DNA of 64,000 bases from Candidatus Bathyarchaeota archaeon. GTDB lineage: Archaea; Thermoproteota; Bathyarchaeia; Bathyarchaeales; Bathycorpusculaceae. The DNA lies in NCBI GenBank assembly GCA_963701045.1, contig OY969560.1, forward strand, positions 871,144-935,143, given 5' to 3'. Numbering within the stretch: position 1 is the first letter of the stretch; every line of letters starts with the position of its first letter. Of the stretch, positions 49,463 through 59,705 are shown one piece after another. The notes below the pieces were generated by a model. It ran no database searches, was not told the DNA's origin, and was given only the letters and a program-made list of their open reading frames with translations. A program made the translations under genes and the position numbers.

Positions 49463-50362
49463 TTATTCAGAAAGAACCTGTGAGATCCGATCTGCTTCTT
49501 TCTGACTTTCATCGTTAAGAGCTGTCAAATGTATTTCAGCAACTGATTTTACACCAAGGCCTAACTCTGCGGCACGCTTGATCTGTTCTTGTTCAAAAAC
49601 ATTCAATTCTCCCACTTTGCCTTTTGCTCCATATAATTTTAGGATAGCTACTCCCACGGCGTCTATTGCTACCCGGTCGTGGCTTGCAAGCAGAAGGTTG
49701 GGCTCCACAACTTTGCCTTGATCAGGACCACCAGTTACAAACGCTTTTATTCCATCCATTAAAACAAAATCCGAATTGTAACTCTGGTTTATTTCTGCAA
49801 TCATCAGTCGTTGAAACGGTGAACTGTGTAGTTCCCACATATAGTCGTACATAACACCTGGAACCCCCTTTGCAATTATACCGACAGAATTTTTCATTGA
49901 AAGCGTAAAGTGACCGCCGAATCTATGTGTCTTTAAGCAGCAGGTTTGAACAACTTTATCAGCGTCATGGAAGACTTTAGCAATGTAAAAACCTTTGAGC
50001 CAATGTGTGTTTTTGTGTTCAATTTTTAACCAATCTTCTTTGCAAATGTCATCTAATATTATAGTTTTAAACCCAAGTTCCTTTGATAATGCTAGAACCC
50101 CCATTTGCTCCAAAACTTCAGCTGTATTTCCCATGCCGCTACGTTCAGCCAAAGCTAAATCGCTTACACCAGCATCTTTCAAGTTTTGCACAAGTTCTCG
50201 TAGCGTGTCTATGTGGGTTGAGGCTGGGAATAGGTCAGCGCTGTTGTAGTTTGCTTTTAAAGCTACAATCTTGCCTGCGTAATCACTTAAGCCGATCTTA
50301 TTGAGCAGTGTGGAGATACCTGTTTTTCTATCAGGAGTTTTTAGGATAAAAACTTGGCCCAT
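49463..50362 (-). CDS. DUF362 family protein
   Basis: LKANYNSAD, AERSGMG, LKTHRFGGHFTLSMKN, DRVAIDA. Confidence 0.85.
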   Translation of the reverse strand: MGQVFILKTPDRKTGISTLLNKIGLSDYAGKIVALKANYNSADLFPASTHIDTLRELVQNLKDAGVSDLALAERSGMGNTAEVLEQMGVLALSKELGFKTIILDDICKEDWLKIEHKNTHWLKGFYIAKVFHDADKVVQTCCLKTHRFGGHFTLSMKNSVGIIAKGVPGVMYDYMWELHSSPFQRLMIAEINQSYNSDFVLMDGIKAFVTGGPDQGKVVEPNLLLASHDRVAIDAVGVAILKLYGAKGKVGELNVFEQEQIKRAAELGLGVKSVAEIHLTALNDESQKEADRISQVLSE

Positions 50363-50493
50363 TGAGTCTGCCACAAAAATCGCCAATATAATAAAGTGCA
50401 AGTCTGTTATTAGTTTTTCACTGCATTAACTGAGACAACAAAACCACAAGCTCTATATTATTCAGTGAAGCCATTTTCAAAAGCAAGACGTGC

Positions 50494-50568
50494 GGGTCCG
50501 TAGCTCAGTCAGGCTAGAGCATCGGACTCTTAATCCGAGGGTCGCGGGTTCAACTCCCGTCGGACCCG
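50494..50568 (+). tRNA. tRNA-Lys(CTT), intronless, CCA not encoded
   Basis: GGGTCCG/CGGACCC acceptor stem, TCGGA-CTCTTAA-TCCGA anticodon arm, GGTTCAACTCC T-arm, TATA-like element upstream. Confidence 0.96.
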
Positions 50569-50826
50569 CTACAACAAATCTAAAAATTGATTTTTCTGCC
50601 CTCTAATTTCATTTTGTTATAGATGTAGAATCGCCTTTTTTCCAAATCTTTTTCCTTTTCGGTATTGAAATGATGTTTGGTTTCTTCAATTGTTTTTCTT
50701 AAATTAACTTGATATGGTTCAGTTCTCTGATTGATTTTTTAATTACAACGAGTTTTGGTAAAACTTTGAGAATTTGCTTCAGACTGCTAAAGCTTATAAG
50801 CATCTAGCAAACAAAAAGGGCACCTA

Positions 50827-50874
50827 TGGAAAGAGTTAATCCACGAAATTACTTTTTCTTGGATAGTTCTTCCA
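50827..50874 (+). promoter_or_regulatory. 5'-UTR long stem-loop upstream of beta-propeller gene 2
   Basis: TGGA..AGAGTT..ATCCA..GAAA / TTTC..TGGAT-AGTTCT-TCCA arms ending at the AAGGAGAA RBS; TATA CTTATAAG at ~50793. Confidence 0.55.
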
Positions 50875-50891
50875 GAAGGAGAATAGGAAAA

Positions 50892-53534
50892 TTGAATTTA
50901 AAAAATAAACTTTTCGCCATAATAGCGATAACTTTAATGATTGCTTCTGCAGCAACGGCGACAGTAACAATCGATTCAGCAACGGCTCAATCAACATCAC
51001 AGCTGACAGGAAATCCCCAGTATCCATTAACTGGAACGACGGGTGCTTTAGCAAGCGGAGTCACACCGGCAGCTTCAATTGCGACAATTGCATATTTCAG
51101 CGTCAGCCCAGGCGTAATCGGTTTGGGACAATATAACTTGTTTAACATGTGGCTTCAACCAGCTGCTAGCGCATATAGAGCCATGAATGGATACGTTGTT
51201 ACGATAACGAAACCTGACGGCAGCATTGTAGTTTTAGGACCGCGCAATTCCTATCCCGCAGACATGACAGCATGGTTCCAGTGGATACCCGATCAAGTTG
51301 GCACTTACAAAGCAGTCTTTACATTTCAAGGAGAATACTTCCCAGCGGGATACTACGCAAACGGAGTATTATTCGCAACCCCAAACGGAAATGACCCCAC
51401 AACAGGCAAACCAGTTAATATTCCAGCTCCGACCGGTTTAGGTGGAAGCCAAAACCTAACGTCTACATACTACCAACCATCCACAAGCCAAACAGTGACA
51501 TTTACTGTGCAAAATGAACTGGTGTGGTCTTGGCCTCCAGCTCCATTGCCAACAAGTTATTGGGCACGACCAATCTCGCCTAACTTACGTGAATGGTATC
51601 AAATCGCAGGCAGCTACCCATGGTACTATGCAAACAACTACCGCTTCCAAGGACCCTACGTAACAGCACCAAACAGTGCACACGTACTGTGGAGAAGACA
51701 AGGCGAACTGGGTGGAATCGTAGGCGGCGACGTAGCATATGCATCAGGAGGGGGCTTACAAGAATCTATTTACAGCGGAGGCGGCTTTGGCATGGACACT
51801 GACTTCCCAAGCATAATCTTCATGGGAAGATGCTACCAAACAATTGTTAAACCAATGCCTGTCTTAATCAATGGTTCGATGGTACAGCAAGCTGTAAGCA
51901 CATGGCAATGTTATGATTTGCGCACTGGACAAATTTATTGGGAACAAACCGGCATATCGCAGATTCCAACTGGATACATGTGGGATACTGGAACCCCTGA
52001 AGTAGCCGGCGCAGAATCTGATTGGAGAGCAGCACCACAATTGGTTTACATAGGCTCATACCTGGTCAAATACAATCCATTCACTGGAGCCGTTTTGATG
52101 AATGCGTCTATACCTTTAACTGGCACACGATGGGGAAACGACAAAGTCTATGCAGTGCAAACAATTAATGCCACCGCTGGAAACTACCGCTTAATCACAT
52201 GGAACCTAACGGGAACAAGTACTGACTTCAACTCAAGAGTCATGTCCAACATTACTTGGCCTTTTAGTAGCCTTGGAACTTGTGACTTCAACACTGGCGT
52301 AGCAGTTCAAACAGGAACGGTCTCAAGCGCTGGAACACAAACATCTCGATTCCTTATGGGCATCGACCTTAATACGGGGCAGTTACTTTGGAACGTTACT
52401 TCGAATTTGACCTACTTTGAAGATGGTATGGCAGACAATGGTATGTATGCAGCCTCAACTCAACCTGACAGTCAATGGGCAGCGTGGGATCTAAAAACAG
52501 GTAAACAAACATGGGTAAGTGATAAAACTGAGTATCCATGGGGATGCTTCTGGTCTTACTCTGCAGAATCAGGTTACGGCATGATATACACACAAACTTA
52601 CAGCGGCGTCTATGCAATCAACTGGACAACAGGCCATATAGTCTGGAGTTTCCAATCACAAGTACCGTATGCCTATGAAACACCATATACAACAAACGGC
52701 ACAAATCGATATTCATTCTTCGGCTCAGGCGGCGTAAGTGTTGGCGACGGCAAAATCTTTGTCTTTGGCAACGAGCACACACCTACTCAACCCATGACTC
52801 GAGGCTGGAAGATCTATGCGGTTAATGCAACAACAGGCACATGCCTATGGAATATGACCGGATACATGACACCAGGCGCATTTGCAGATGGATACTTAAC
52901 AGCTGGCAGTGGATATGACGGATACATGTATGTTTTCGGACCTGGCCTCAGCAAAACAACGGTTTCAGCTCCACAAACACAGATCACCGCTGGACAAAGC
53001 GCAATCATATCTGGATCAATAATGGACATGTCCCCTGGTACATTGCAAGCAGCAACATCAAAGGAGCCCAATAACAAAGTTCCAGGTGCGCAGATCATTG
53101 CAGAACCAGCATGCGTTTCCGACGGTTCAATGGGCACCTATATGGAATATGTATACATGCAACTACCAATTCCCAGCAACGTAACAGTAACAGGCGTGCC
53201 AATAATAATAACAGCGATTGATCCAAATGGCAACACAGTTAACTTAGGAACAACTACAAGCGACATGAGTGGACACTTCGCCCTAACATGGACACCCTCA
53301 ATTGCAGGAGAATATACTATCTCAGCTGTTTTCGAAGGTTCCAACTCCTACGGAAGCTCATATGCAACAACATCAGCAATTGTAGCTAACTCAGCAGCCA
53401 CACCAACAACCACACAACAAATTCTAACACAAACAGATTACACAATGACAATTACGGCAGCAGCAATAATCATTGCATTAGTAGTCGTTATCTCAGTCGC
53501 CATAGCAACATTAGTAATATTAAGAAAACGATAA
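50892..53534 (+). CDS. Large secreted PQQ-like beta-propeller/Ig-like surface protein with C-terminal TM anchor
   Basis: Signal peptide from TTG 50892, TGQ.YW/TGQLLW repeats, DGYMYVFG, VTGVP..AIDPNGN, Thr-rich linker, TM+LRKR. Confidence 0.88.
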   Translation: MNLKNKLFAIIAITLMIASAATATVTIDSATAQSTSQLTGNPQYPLTGTTGALASGVTPAASIATIAYFSVSPGVIGLGQYNLFNMWLQPAASAYRAMNGYVVTITKPDGSIVVLGPRNSYPADMTAWFQWIPDQVGTYKAVFTFQGEYFPAGYYANGVLFATPNGNDPTTGKPVNIPAPTGLGGSQNLTSTYYQPSTSQTVTFTVQNELVWSWPPAPLPTSYWARPISPNLREWYQIAGSYPWYYANNYRFQGPYVTAPNSAHVLWRRQGELGGIVGGDVAYASGGGLQESIYSGGGFGMDTDFPSIIFMGRCYQTIVKPMPVLINGSMVQQAVSTWQCYDLRTGQIYWEQTGISQIPTGYMWDTGTPEVAGAESDWRAAPQLVYIGSYLVKYNPFTGAVLMNASIPLTGTRWGNDKVYAVQTINATAGNYRLITWNLTGTSTDFNSRVMSNITWPFSSLGTCDFNTGVAVQTGTVSSAGTQTSRFLMGIDLNTGQLLWNVTSNLTYFEDGMADNGMYAASTQPDSQWAAWDLKTGKQTWVSDKTEYPWGCFWSYSAESGYGMIYTQTYSGVYAINWTTGHIVWSFQSQVPYAYETPYTTNGTNRYSFFGSGGVSVGDGKIFVFGNEHTPTQPMTRGWKIYAVNATTGTCLWNMTGYMTPGAFADGYLTAGSGYDGYMYVFGPGLSKTTVSAPQTQITAGQSAIISGSIMDMSPGTLQAATSKEPNNKVPGAQIIAEPACVSDGSMGTYMEYVYMQLPIPSNVTVTGVPIIITAIDPNGNTVNLGTTTSDMSGHFALTWTPSIAGEYTISAVFEGSNSYGSSYATTSAIVANSAATPTTTQQILTQTDYTMTITAAAIIIALVVVISVAIATLVILRKR

Positions 53535-53717
53535 ATCCACAAACAACAAACCTTTTTTCTTTTTTTTGTTCTCTAAGAATCTTTAGGTTTAATTTTTAGA
53601 GAGCATACTCAATTCTCAAACACCCACGTTTTCCATTGTTTGGTTTGCACTGGTGCGGATGTTGTACCTAGCCCGCCTTGTAGGGCAGAAAATCAGTTAA
53701 TCGTTAGCATTAAACGA

Positions 53718-53972
53718 AGCCAAAAGGTGGCAAACTTACATTTCATAGCTACAATGGTGCAAACGAAAATATAATTATCTTTAAGGATACTGGTGTCGGC
53801 ATACCTGAAAAGGTTAAGAGAAAATTGTATGCGCCAATGTTTAAGACTGAGTCTAAAGGTCAAGCTTCGGATTAGCAGTAATCAACCGTATGACTGAATC
53901 ATTAGGCGGAACGGTTGCTTTCGAGAGCCAAGAATGCAAAGTCACGTAGTTTATTGTGCGTTTGCCATCCAA
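53718..53972 (+). pseudogene. Remnant of a sensor histidine kinase HATPase_c domain
   Basis: PKGGKL...KDTGVGIPE...PMF.T.SKGQ/(frameshift)FGLAVINRMTESLGG.V.FES....T*FIVRLP. Confidence 0.8.
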
Positions 53973-54247
53973 AAACAATGAACGGCAAAATAGACTTCTG
54001 GTCAGAGATTCACTCGCTCAAGGCTCAACAATATTTGAATCTGCAAACGATTACGTAAATCATCGGTACAAATGCTCAGCAATCAACTTAGCAGATGATC
54101 CAGTAGGTGCTTCCGAGTAAATGTTCTCTGGAATGGTCGATAACCGTCGGACCTGCCCATCTTTCTGAAAATTATCCTGAATTTTCTTAATTCTTTTCTA
54201 AAGCCCTTTAAGCAGGTGGCATGTTACCTTTGCCCATAGGGATATCG

Positions 54248-55189
54248 ATGCCATCAATAGAAGCGGTAAATTTAACGAAACAATATGGCGCTTTCACAGC
54301 CTTGTCAGGATTGAACCTGAAGATTGAAGGAGCAAAATGCGTCGGTTTTCTAGGTCCAAACGGCTCAGGAAAAACAACCACGTTGAAAATGTTTACCGAC
54401 TTAATTAGGCCAACAAAAGGTGAAGCCCTCATCAACGGAGTTAACGTTCACCTTGAAAAGAAAAAAGCCTTGGCTGCAGTAGGCACTTTGATTGAAACTC
54501 CCGAAATTTATTCTTCGCTTACTCCCAGAGAAGCTCTTAGCATGATTGCTGAGATTCGAGGAGTGCTTGCTCAGGACGTAAAAAAGCAGGTTGAAGAAGT
54601 TGTTGCAGAAGTTCATATGGAAGAGTGGATTGACAAAAGGGTCGGTAAGTTTTCCAAAGGTATGAAGCAAAGAATATGCATTGCTTCCGCGTTGCTTGGT
54701 AAACCTTCAATTATTATTTTAGATGAGCCTACAACTGGACTTGACCCTCGTGGTATGAGTGAAGTTAGGGACATAATCAAATCGCTTAAGGGCAAAGACC
54801 GCCTCATCTTTATGAGTTCACATATTTTAAGTGAAGTTTCCGATGTTTGCGACGAAGTAGCAATGATAGATCATGGCAAATTGATCGTGTACGATACACT
54901 TTCAAATGTTACAGCTAAATTTTCAGGCGGAAACAACGTCGTCGAAGTGGGTTTGGCTCGTCCAGTTGAAGACAAATCAATCGCCCAGACTATTTCTGCT
55001 TGGTCCGACGTAGTTAAGGCAGATGTCGTGGATGACAAAAACATAAAAATAATCTTCAAAGGCGGCTTAGAAGTGCAAGAACGCTTGCTCAATGAAATCG
55101 TGAAACTAAATCTTGGCGTAATAAGTTACAAAACCGCTTCATCTGAACTTGAAGACGTGTATTTAAAGCTGATAACCTCAACGTTGTGA
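54248..55189 (+). CDS. ABC-2 type transporter ATP-binding protein
   Basis: GPNGSGKTT, FSKGMKQR, LDEPT, SSH. Confidence 0.95.
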   Translation: MPSIEAVNLTKQYGAFTALSGLNLKIEGAKCVGFLGPNGSGKTTTLKMFTDLIRPTKGEALINGVNVHLEKKKALAAVGTLIETPEIYSSLTPREALSMIAEIRGVLAQDVKKQVEEVVAEVHMEEWIDKRVGKFSKGMKQRICIASALLGKPSIIILDEPTTGLDPRGMSEVRDIIKSLKGKDRLIFMSSHILSEVSDVCDEVAMIDHGKLIVYDTLSNVTAKFSGGNNVVEVGLARPVEDKSIAQTISAWSDVVKADVVDDKNIKIIFKGGLEVQERLLNEIVKLNLGVISYKTASSELEDVYLKLITSTL

Positions 55190-56046
55190 TGAACATGACT
55201 CAAACAAATGTAGAATCTAAAAACTCAGTTCCAGGTAGCATGGCTCAAGTTGGGACAATCATGAAGTATACTTTGCTTGATTACTTAAGGTCCCGAAGAT
55301 TCTTTATCATGCTGATTATAACCGTACTCATAAGTGTGCTTCTAACGGTTCTCGTAGGATACTATCGGCCAGAAGGTTTTCTGTCTTCCAACTTAACATT
55401 CTATAGCAACTGGTGGGGAAGCTCTGTTACTTTCGTAGTTATACTTTCAGCGATTTTCTTCGGCGGTGATGCAATTTCTGGAGAGTTCCAAAATAAAACA
55501 GGCTACTTCGGTGTTCCAAATCCAATTCGGCGTTCATCAATCTATGTTGGAAAATGGGTGGCAGCATTTATTGCTTCACTTGTTATGTTGGGGATTTTCA
55601 CAATTGTTACTGTAGGAAATGGTCTCTATTACTTCTCAGGCGTACCTTACCAATTTGGTGAATCACTTATATTTGCCTTAATCTACTTGATTGCAGTTCT
55701 CGGATTCACTTTCTTCTTCAGTTCACTATTCAAAAGCAGCTCAATGTCGATACTGCTCACGGCTATTCTATTCTTGTTTGTATTCTCACTGATTCAAACA
55801 CTTGTTTCGTCACTTGTCCAAATAGAACCTTGGTTCATCCTAACTTATGGATCCACGATCATTGGCAATGTATTGACAGTGCCTTATCCAGCTCATATGA
55901 CCACCGCCAGTTTTGGTCCAGGAGCACGTGTGCAATTAACAACGTATAATGCAACAATTCCTGAAGGACTCGCTATTATGCTAATTTACTTCGCCGTCAC
56001 AGCGATCTTAGGCTTGTTACTGTTCGAAAGAAAAGAATTCAACTAA
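55186..56046 (+). CDS. ABC-2 type transporter permease
   Basis: DAISGEFQNKTG...PIRR..GK, six TM helices. Confidence 0.9.
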   Translation: MMNMTQTNVESKNSVPGSMAQVGTIMKYTLLDYLRSRRFFIMLIITVLISVLLTVLVGYYRPEGFLSSNLTFYSNWWGSSVTFVVILSAIFFGGDAISGEFQNKTGYFGVPNPIRRSSIYVGKWVAAFIASLVMLGIFTIVTVGNGLYYFSGVPYQFGESLIFALIYLIAVLGFTFFFSSLFKSSSMSILLTAILFLFVFSLIQTLVSSLVQIEPWFILTYGSTIIGNVLTVPYPAHMTTASFGPGARVQLTTYNATIPEGLAIMLIYFAVTAILGLLLFERKEFN

Positions 56047-56119
56047 GAAAATAAACATTTATCAATTCAAATATTCATTGCTATGCAGTTCCGAATTCAA
56101 ATTGGTTTTTTCAATCCTT

Positions 56120-56536
56120 TCATAGCAGAACTTTAAAAATGCCTAGAGCGATTCCCATAAATGCTGTTGCTACTATAACTATGGCGCTTAACAGTGAAGG
56201 ATAAAGTTTCCTTGGTTGAATTCCAAGTAATTTGCCCAATATTGATAGCTGTATAGGCGAGAGAACTAGTATACCTGCTATTAGGCCATAGCAACCATAT
56301 TTATCGATGAATTTTTTTCCTCTCGAAAGCTTTCTTTCAAGCCAGCTCCTTAGACCTTTTTTCCAACATAGCAACCTATCTATTAGAAATACAACTGCAA
56401 TTATAGTTAGAAAATTTATCGCTATAGTTGCTGGAAATACTAGTATCGGATTGTAACCAATACCGACCCCATAGATGATGCCTATGCCGCATTCAAGAAA
56501 AACTGATAAGATTATGAAAACTAATAACTCGTACAC
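56120..56536 (-). CDS. Small multidrug export/DedA-like membrane protein
   Basis: Hydrophobic helices flanking KFIDKYG..GL. Confidence 0.55.
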   Translation of the reverse strand: MYELLVFIILSVFLECGIGIIYGVGIGYNPILVFPATIAINFLTIIAVVFLIDRLLCWKKGLRSWLERKLSRGKKFIDKYGCYGLIAGILVLSPIQLSILGKLLGIQPRKLYPSLLSAIVIVATAFMGIALGIFKVLL

Positions 56537-56714
56537 TTATGGATCCATCAACTTAGAGCTGAAAATAAATAATATTAATTTTTTGGAATTAGAAAAAGAA
56601 AGCGTTTTTCAAGCATTTTATCATTTGAAGTTTTTGAGAGAGCATTCGACAGTTCTTAATATATTGCCGAGAGTGTAGGTTAGACGTGTCAAGGGCTAGT
56701 TTGGCGGAAACCGG

Positions 56715-57704
56715 ATGACTGAGATTGAAAATAAAGAAGTTTCATGGAAAGTTTTTGATATTCCTGTTTACGGTACCATTACAGCGCCAATAACTGAAGG
56801 GTCTCATTCAGCGGTTGTCTTTGTTGCTGGCAGTGGTCCAACTGATAGAGATTGGCGTTCACCTCTTTTGCCTGGAACAAACGGGAGCGCCAAACTATTG
56901 GCTGAAGCTCTAGCAAGCCAAGGTTTTGTTACTCTGCGTTATGATAAACTTGCCTCTGGCCCGAACGTTAGAGAAAATATACCTAAACTTGTTGGCAAAA
57001 TAAGTATGCAAAGTCACTTAGAAGAACTCAAAGGCGCTGTAGAAACATTAATTCTTGAAAAGAACGTGGATAAAAATAATGTTTTTGTGCTAACTAACAG
57101 CGAAGGCGCTATCCATGCCGTAAACTACCAGCTGCAGACGAAGAATAATCGTTTCAAAGGATTGGTGCTTACCGGCGCGCCTGGAAGAGCGATTGGTGAA
57201 TTGGGTCGCAGCCAAATCTTTGAACAAATCAAGAACATGTCTAACGCCCAAACTATCATGAAAGCTTACGATGACGCTAACTCTGCTTTCTTGGTAAGTA
57301 AACCCACAAAATTAGATTCTTCACTTCCCGAAGGTATTAAAATGGTTCTTCTTAGCCTTGAAAGTCCCTACAATTTGCCGTTTAGCCGAGAATTATGGAT
57401 GTATCGCCTCTCAGAACATCTTGCAAAGATTAACGAACCAGTACTAGTTGTTATAGGCAAAAAGGACATTCAAGTTGATTGGAAAATTGATGGAGCATTG
57501 TTAGAGCAGTCAACTCCTGAGAAAACTACCGTCGTTTTTGTATATCCAGAAAACGCTAATCATGTTCTAAAACATGAAGAAATACCCATTGAAAAAATCA
57601 ATGCTCAAAATGCAACATTAAATTATAATGCTCCAGATGCAAAACTTGATTCGGAAGCACTTGAAGCAATTTTTAGGTGGTTACAAAAGCAAACAAAGAA
57701 ATAA
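56715..57704 (+). CDS. Alpha/beta hydrolase (S9-like)
   Basis: AGSGPTDRDW, LRYDK, TNSEG elbow, GKKDIQV, ANHVLK. Confidence 0.88.
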   Translation: MTEIENKEVSWKVFDIPVYGTITAPITEGSHSAVVFVAGSGPTDRDWRSPLLPGTNGSAKLLAEALASQGFVTLRYDKLASGPNVRENIPKLVGKISMQSHLEELKGAVETLILEKNVDKNNVFVLTNSEGAIHAVNYQLQTKNNRFKGLVLTGAPGRAIGELGRSQIFEQIKNMSNAQTIMKAYDDANSAFLVSKPTKLDSSLPEGIKMVLLSLESPYNLPFSRELWMYRLSEHLAKINEPVLVVIGKKDIQVDWKIDGALLEQSTPEKTTVVFVYPENANHVLKHEEIPIEKINAQNATLNYNAPDAKLDSEALEAIFRWLQKQTKK

Positions 57705-57729
57705 CAAATTCAGAAAAACTTTGTATCTT

Positions 57730-58461
57730 CTACTTCCATTTTGTTAGTATCTCTTCTCTGCGGAAAGTGGATTTGCTCAAGAAGTAGAGAATTACGTCGA
57801 TAATTAAGATGATGATGGCGAAAATCAAAAGGTTCTCAACACTGAATGTAAAAATTCCTTCTACACCTGCAAAGAAGACTGCAACAAAAGGAATAAACAT
57901 GAGACCAGCAATCTGGTTTGCACCCCTAACGTCATTTACTTTGGATGATGCAATCACAGCTACTTCAATGCTGAGAATGGCGGAAAGAGGCGCGAGCATC
58001 AATAGCATGATGCCAGCGTTCCAGTTGGGAAAATAGTAGTAGCCTAATCCACTGTTGTATAATACATAGTCTGTTGCTGCCATGTAGATTGTTGCTCCTG
58101 CCCACGTTGAGAGCATAGGCGGAATGAACGCTGCGATACTTTTTCCAAGTAGAATCTCTCCGTCGCTTGTCGGCGTAGCAAGCAGTGGCTCCAAAGTCTT
58201 CTCAACTTTTTCACCCACTATACTGTAAGCTGCAATTGTGCTGGGCAGAAAAGTTGCTAAAATAACGAAGATGTAAACGATTGAATCTGCACCTAATGAT
58301 ATTGAGCCTGGAATTCCGTTTGCTATTTGGTTCTTTAAAACAAATGAGAAAACAATGGCGATAAGCAACGGTAGTCCTATGGTATAGAATATGATACTTC
58401 TCTTTCTGCTTATTACTTTTAGTTCTTTTTGAGCTATTTTCCACGGCATCCAAGTTGTCAT
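57730..58461 (-). CDS. ABC-2 type transporter permease
   Basis: SIVGEKVEKTLEPLLATP..EILLGK, FRREEIL. Confidence 0.92.
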   Translation of the reverse strand: MTTWMPWKIAQKELKVISRKRSIIFYTIGLPLLIAIVFSFVLKNQIANGIPGSISLGADSIVYIFVILATFLPSTIAAYSIVGEKVEKTLEPLLATPTSDGEILLGKSIAAFIPPMLSTWAGATIYMAATDYVLYNSGLGYYYFPNWNAGIMLLMLAPLSAILSIEVAVIASSKVNDVRGANQIAGLMFIPFVAVFFAGVEGIFTFSVENLLIFAIIILIIDVILYFLSKSTFRREEILTKWK

Positions 58462-59381
58462 TGTGCGTTCTCCCTTACAAGTTTCAAATAAGCCTCTTCA
58501 AGCGAACTGCTGGTCACCGTAACGGTTTCGATTCGTCCTCCAGCTGCAACAATTGCGTTTATCATGTCAGGGTTCTCATCTTCAGGGTTCGCAACATCAA
58601 AAGTCAATTTGTTACTTTCTCTGACCATATTCTTGACTTTTAGTTTCTTTAGCGAATCAATAATGGCTTCGTTTATTTGTCTGAGTTGAATTACGGTTTT
58701 TCTTCCGTGGATAGAGCTTTCAAGTTCTTGAGGAGTACCTACAGCCATAAGCTTGGTGTTTAATATGCCGATTCTGTCGCAGACGCGTTGTGCCTCGTCG
58801 AGGTTGTGCGTGTTTAGGAAAATGGTTTTCTTTTCTTTTTTTAATCCAAGTATGAATTCTCTTACTGTTTTTGCAGACTCAGGGTCCAGATTCGCGGTTG
58901 GTTCATCCATGAAAATTAATTCAGGATTATGAATTAGTGCTCGCGCTATTGCTAATTTTTGTTTCATTCCTTTGGAGAATGATCCAGCTAGAACGTTTCG
59001 TTTCTCCCACAGTCCAAGTAGCTTTAGGAAGTATTCATTGCTCTCTTTTCTTTTTGAGTCAGTAAGCCTGTATAATGTTCCATAATAATCTAAGTTTTCG
59101 TATGCGGTTAGCGACTCGTAGAGACCCACGTTATCCGGGACGAGCCCGATCATCTTTCTGATCTTCGCAGAATTCTCTGGCTGACCAATCTCGTAGTCGC
59201 CAATCCAGGCGTTACCGCTTGACTTTGCAATCAGGCAACATAGCATTCTAACTGTAGTGGTTTTGCCCGCTCCATTTGGTCCTAGAAAGCCAAAGATTTC
59301 GCCCTGATTTACTTTAAAAGTTACGTTATCCACTGCTGTTAGATCGCCGAACTTTCTTGAAAGGTTCTCGGTCACAATCAT
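58458..59381 (-). CDS. ABC-2 type transporter ATP-binding protein
   Basis: GPNGAGKTT, FSKGMKQK, MDEPT, NTH. Confidence 0.95.
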   Translation of the reverse strand: MIVTENLSRKFGDLTAVDNVTFKVNQGEIFGFLGPNGAGKTTTVRMLCCLIAKSSGNAWIGDYEIGQPENSAKIRKMIGLVPDNVGLYESLTAYENLDYYGTLYRLTDSKRKESNEYFLKLLGLWEKRNVLAGSFSKGMKQKLAIARALIHNPELIFMDEPTANLDPESAKTVREFILGLKKEKKTIFLNTHNLDEAQRVCDRIGILNTKLMAVGTPQELESSIHGRKTVIQLRQINEAIIDSLKKLKVKNMVRESNKLTFDVANPEDENPDMINAIVAAGGRIETVTVTSSSLEEAYLKLVRENAQ

Positions 59382-59509
59382 TGTTTCAATCCTTCTCGAT
59401 TAGGCTTCAATTTTTCATCATAAAAACATCAGACATATTAAAGATTAAATGGAAACCAACTATTAGAGCAATTAGATTTAACTCAAAATATCGTTGACAA
59501 TATTTGAGT

Positions 59510-59705
59510 TTTATTTTTCTTTTCTTTAGTTGTGTGTGAATAATTTTGCGTGCTTTTCTATTTTTTGGGTTTGTGTTTTAAGTTGTGTTTTTGGTTTGCT
59601 TTGTTTTTTGGGTTTTTCTGGTTGTGGATAGGTTGTGGAAGTGGGTTTTTTCAAATGGTTGTTGTGAAAAACCGACTGGTTGTGGAGATACTGTATGTTG
59701 AAAAT
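59510..59705 (-). repeat. A/C-rich dispersed repeat, copy E
   Basis: Reverse complement shares an exact 24-mer with copy B and 33/36 nt with copy A. Confidence 0.8.

Noticed and set aside
50494-54200. Integrated element at tRNA-Lys
   Set aside because: No integrase and no duplicated tRNA 3' end were found in the window.
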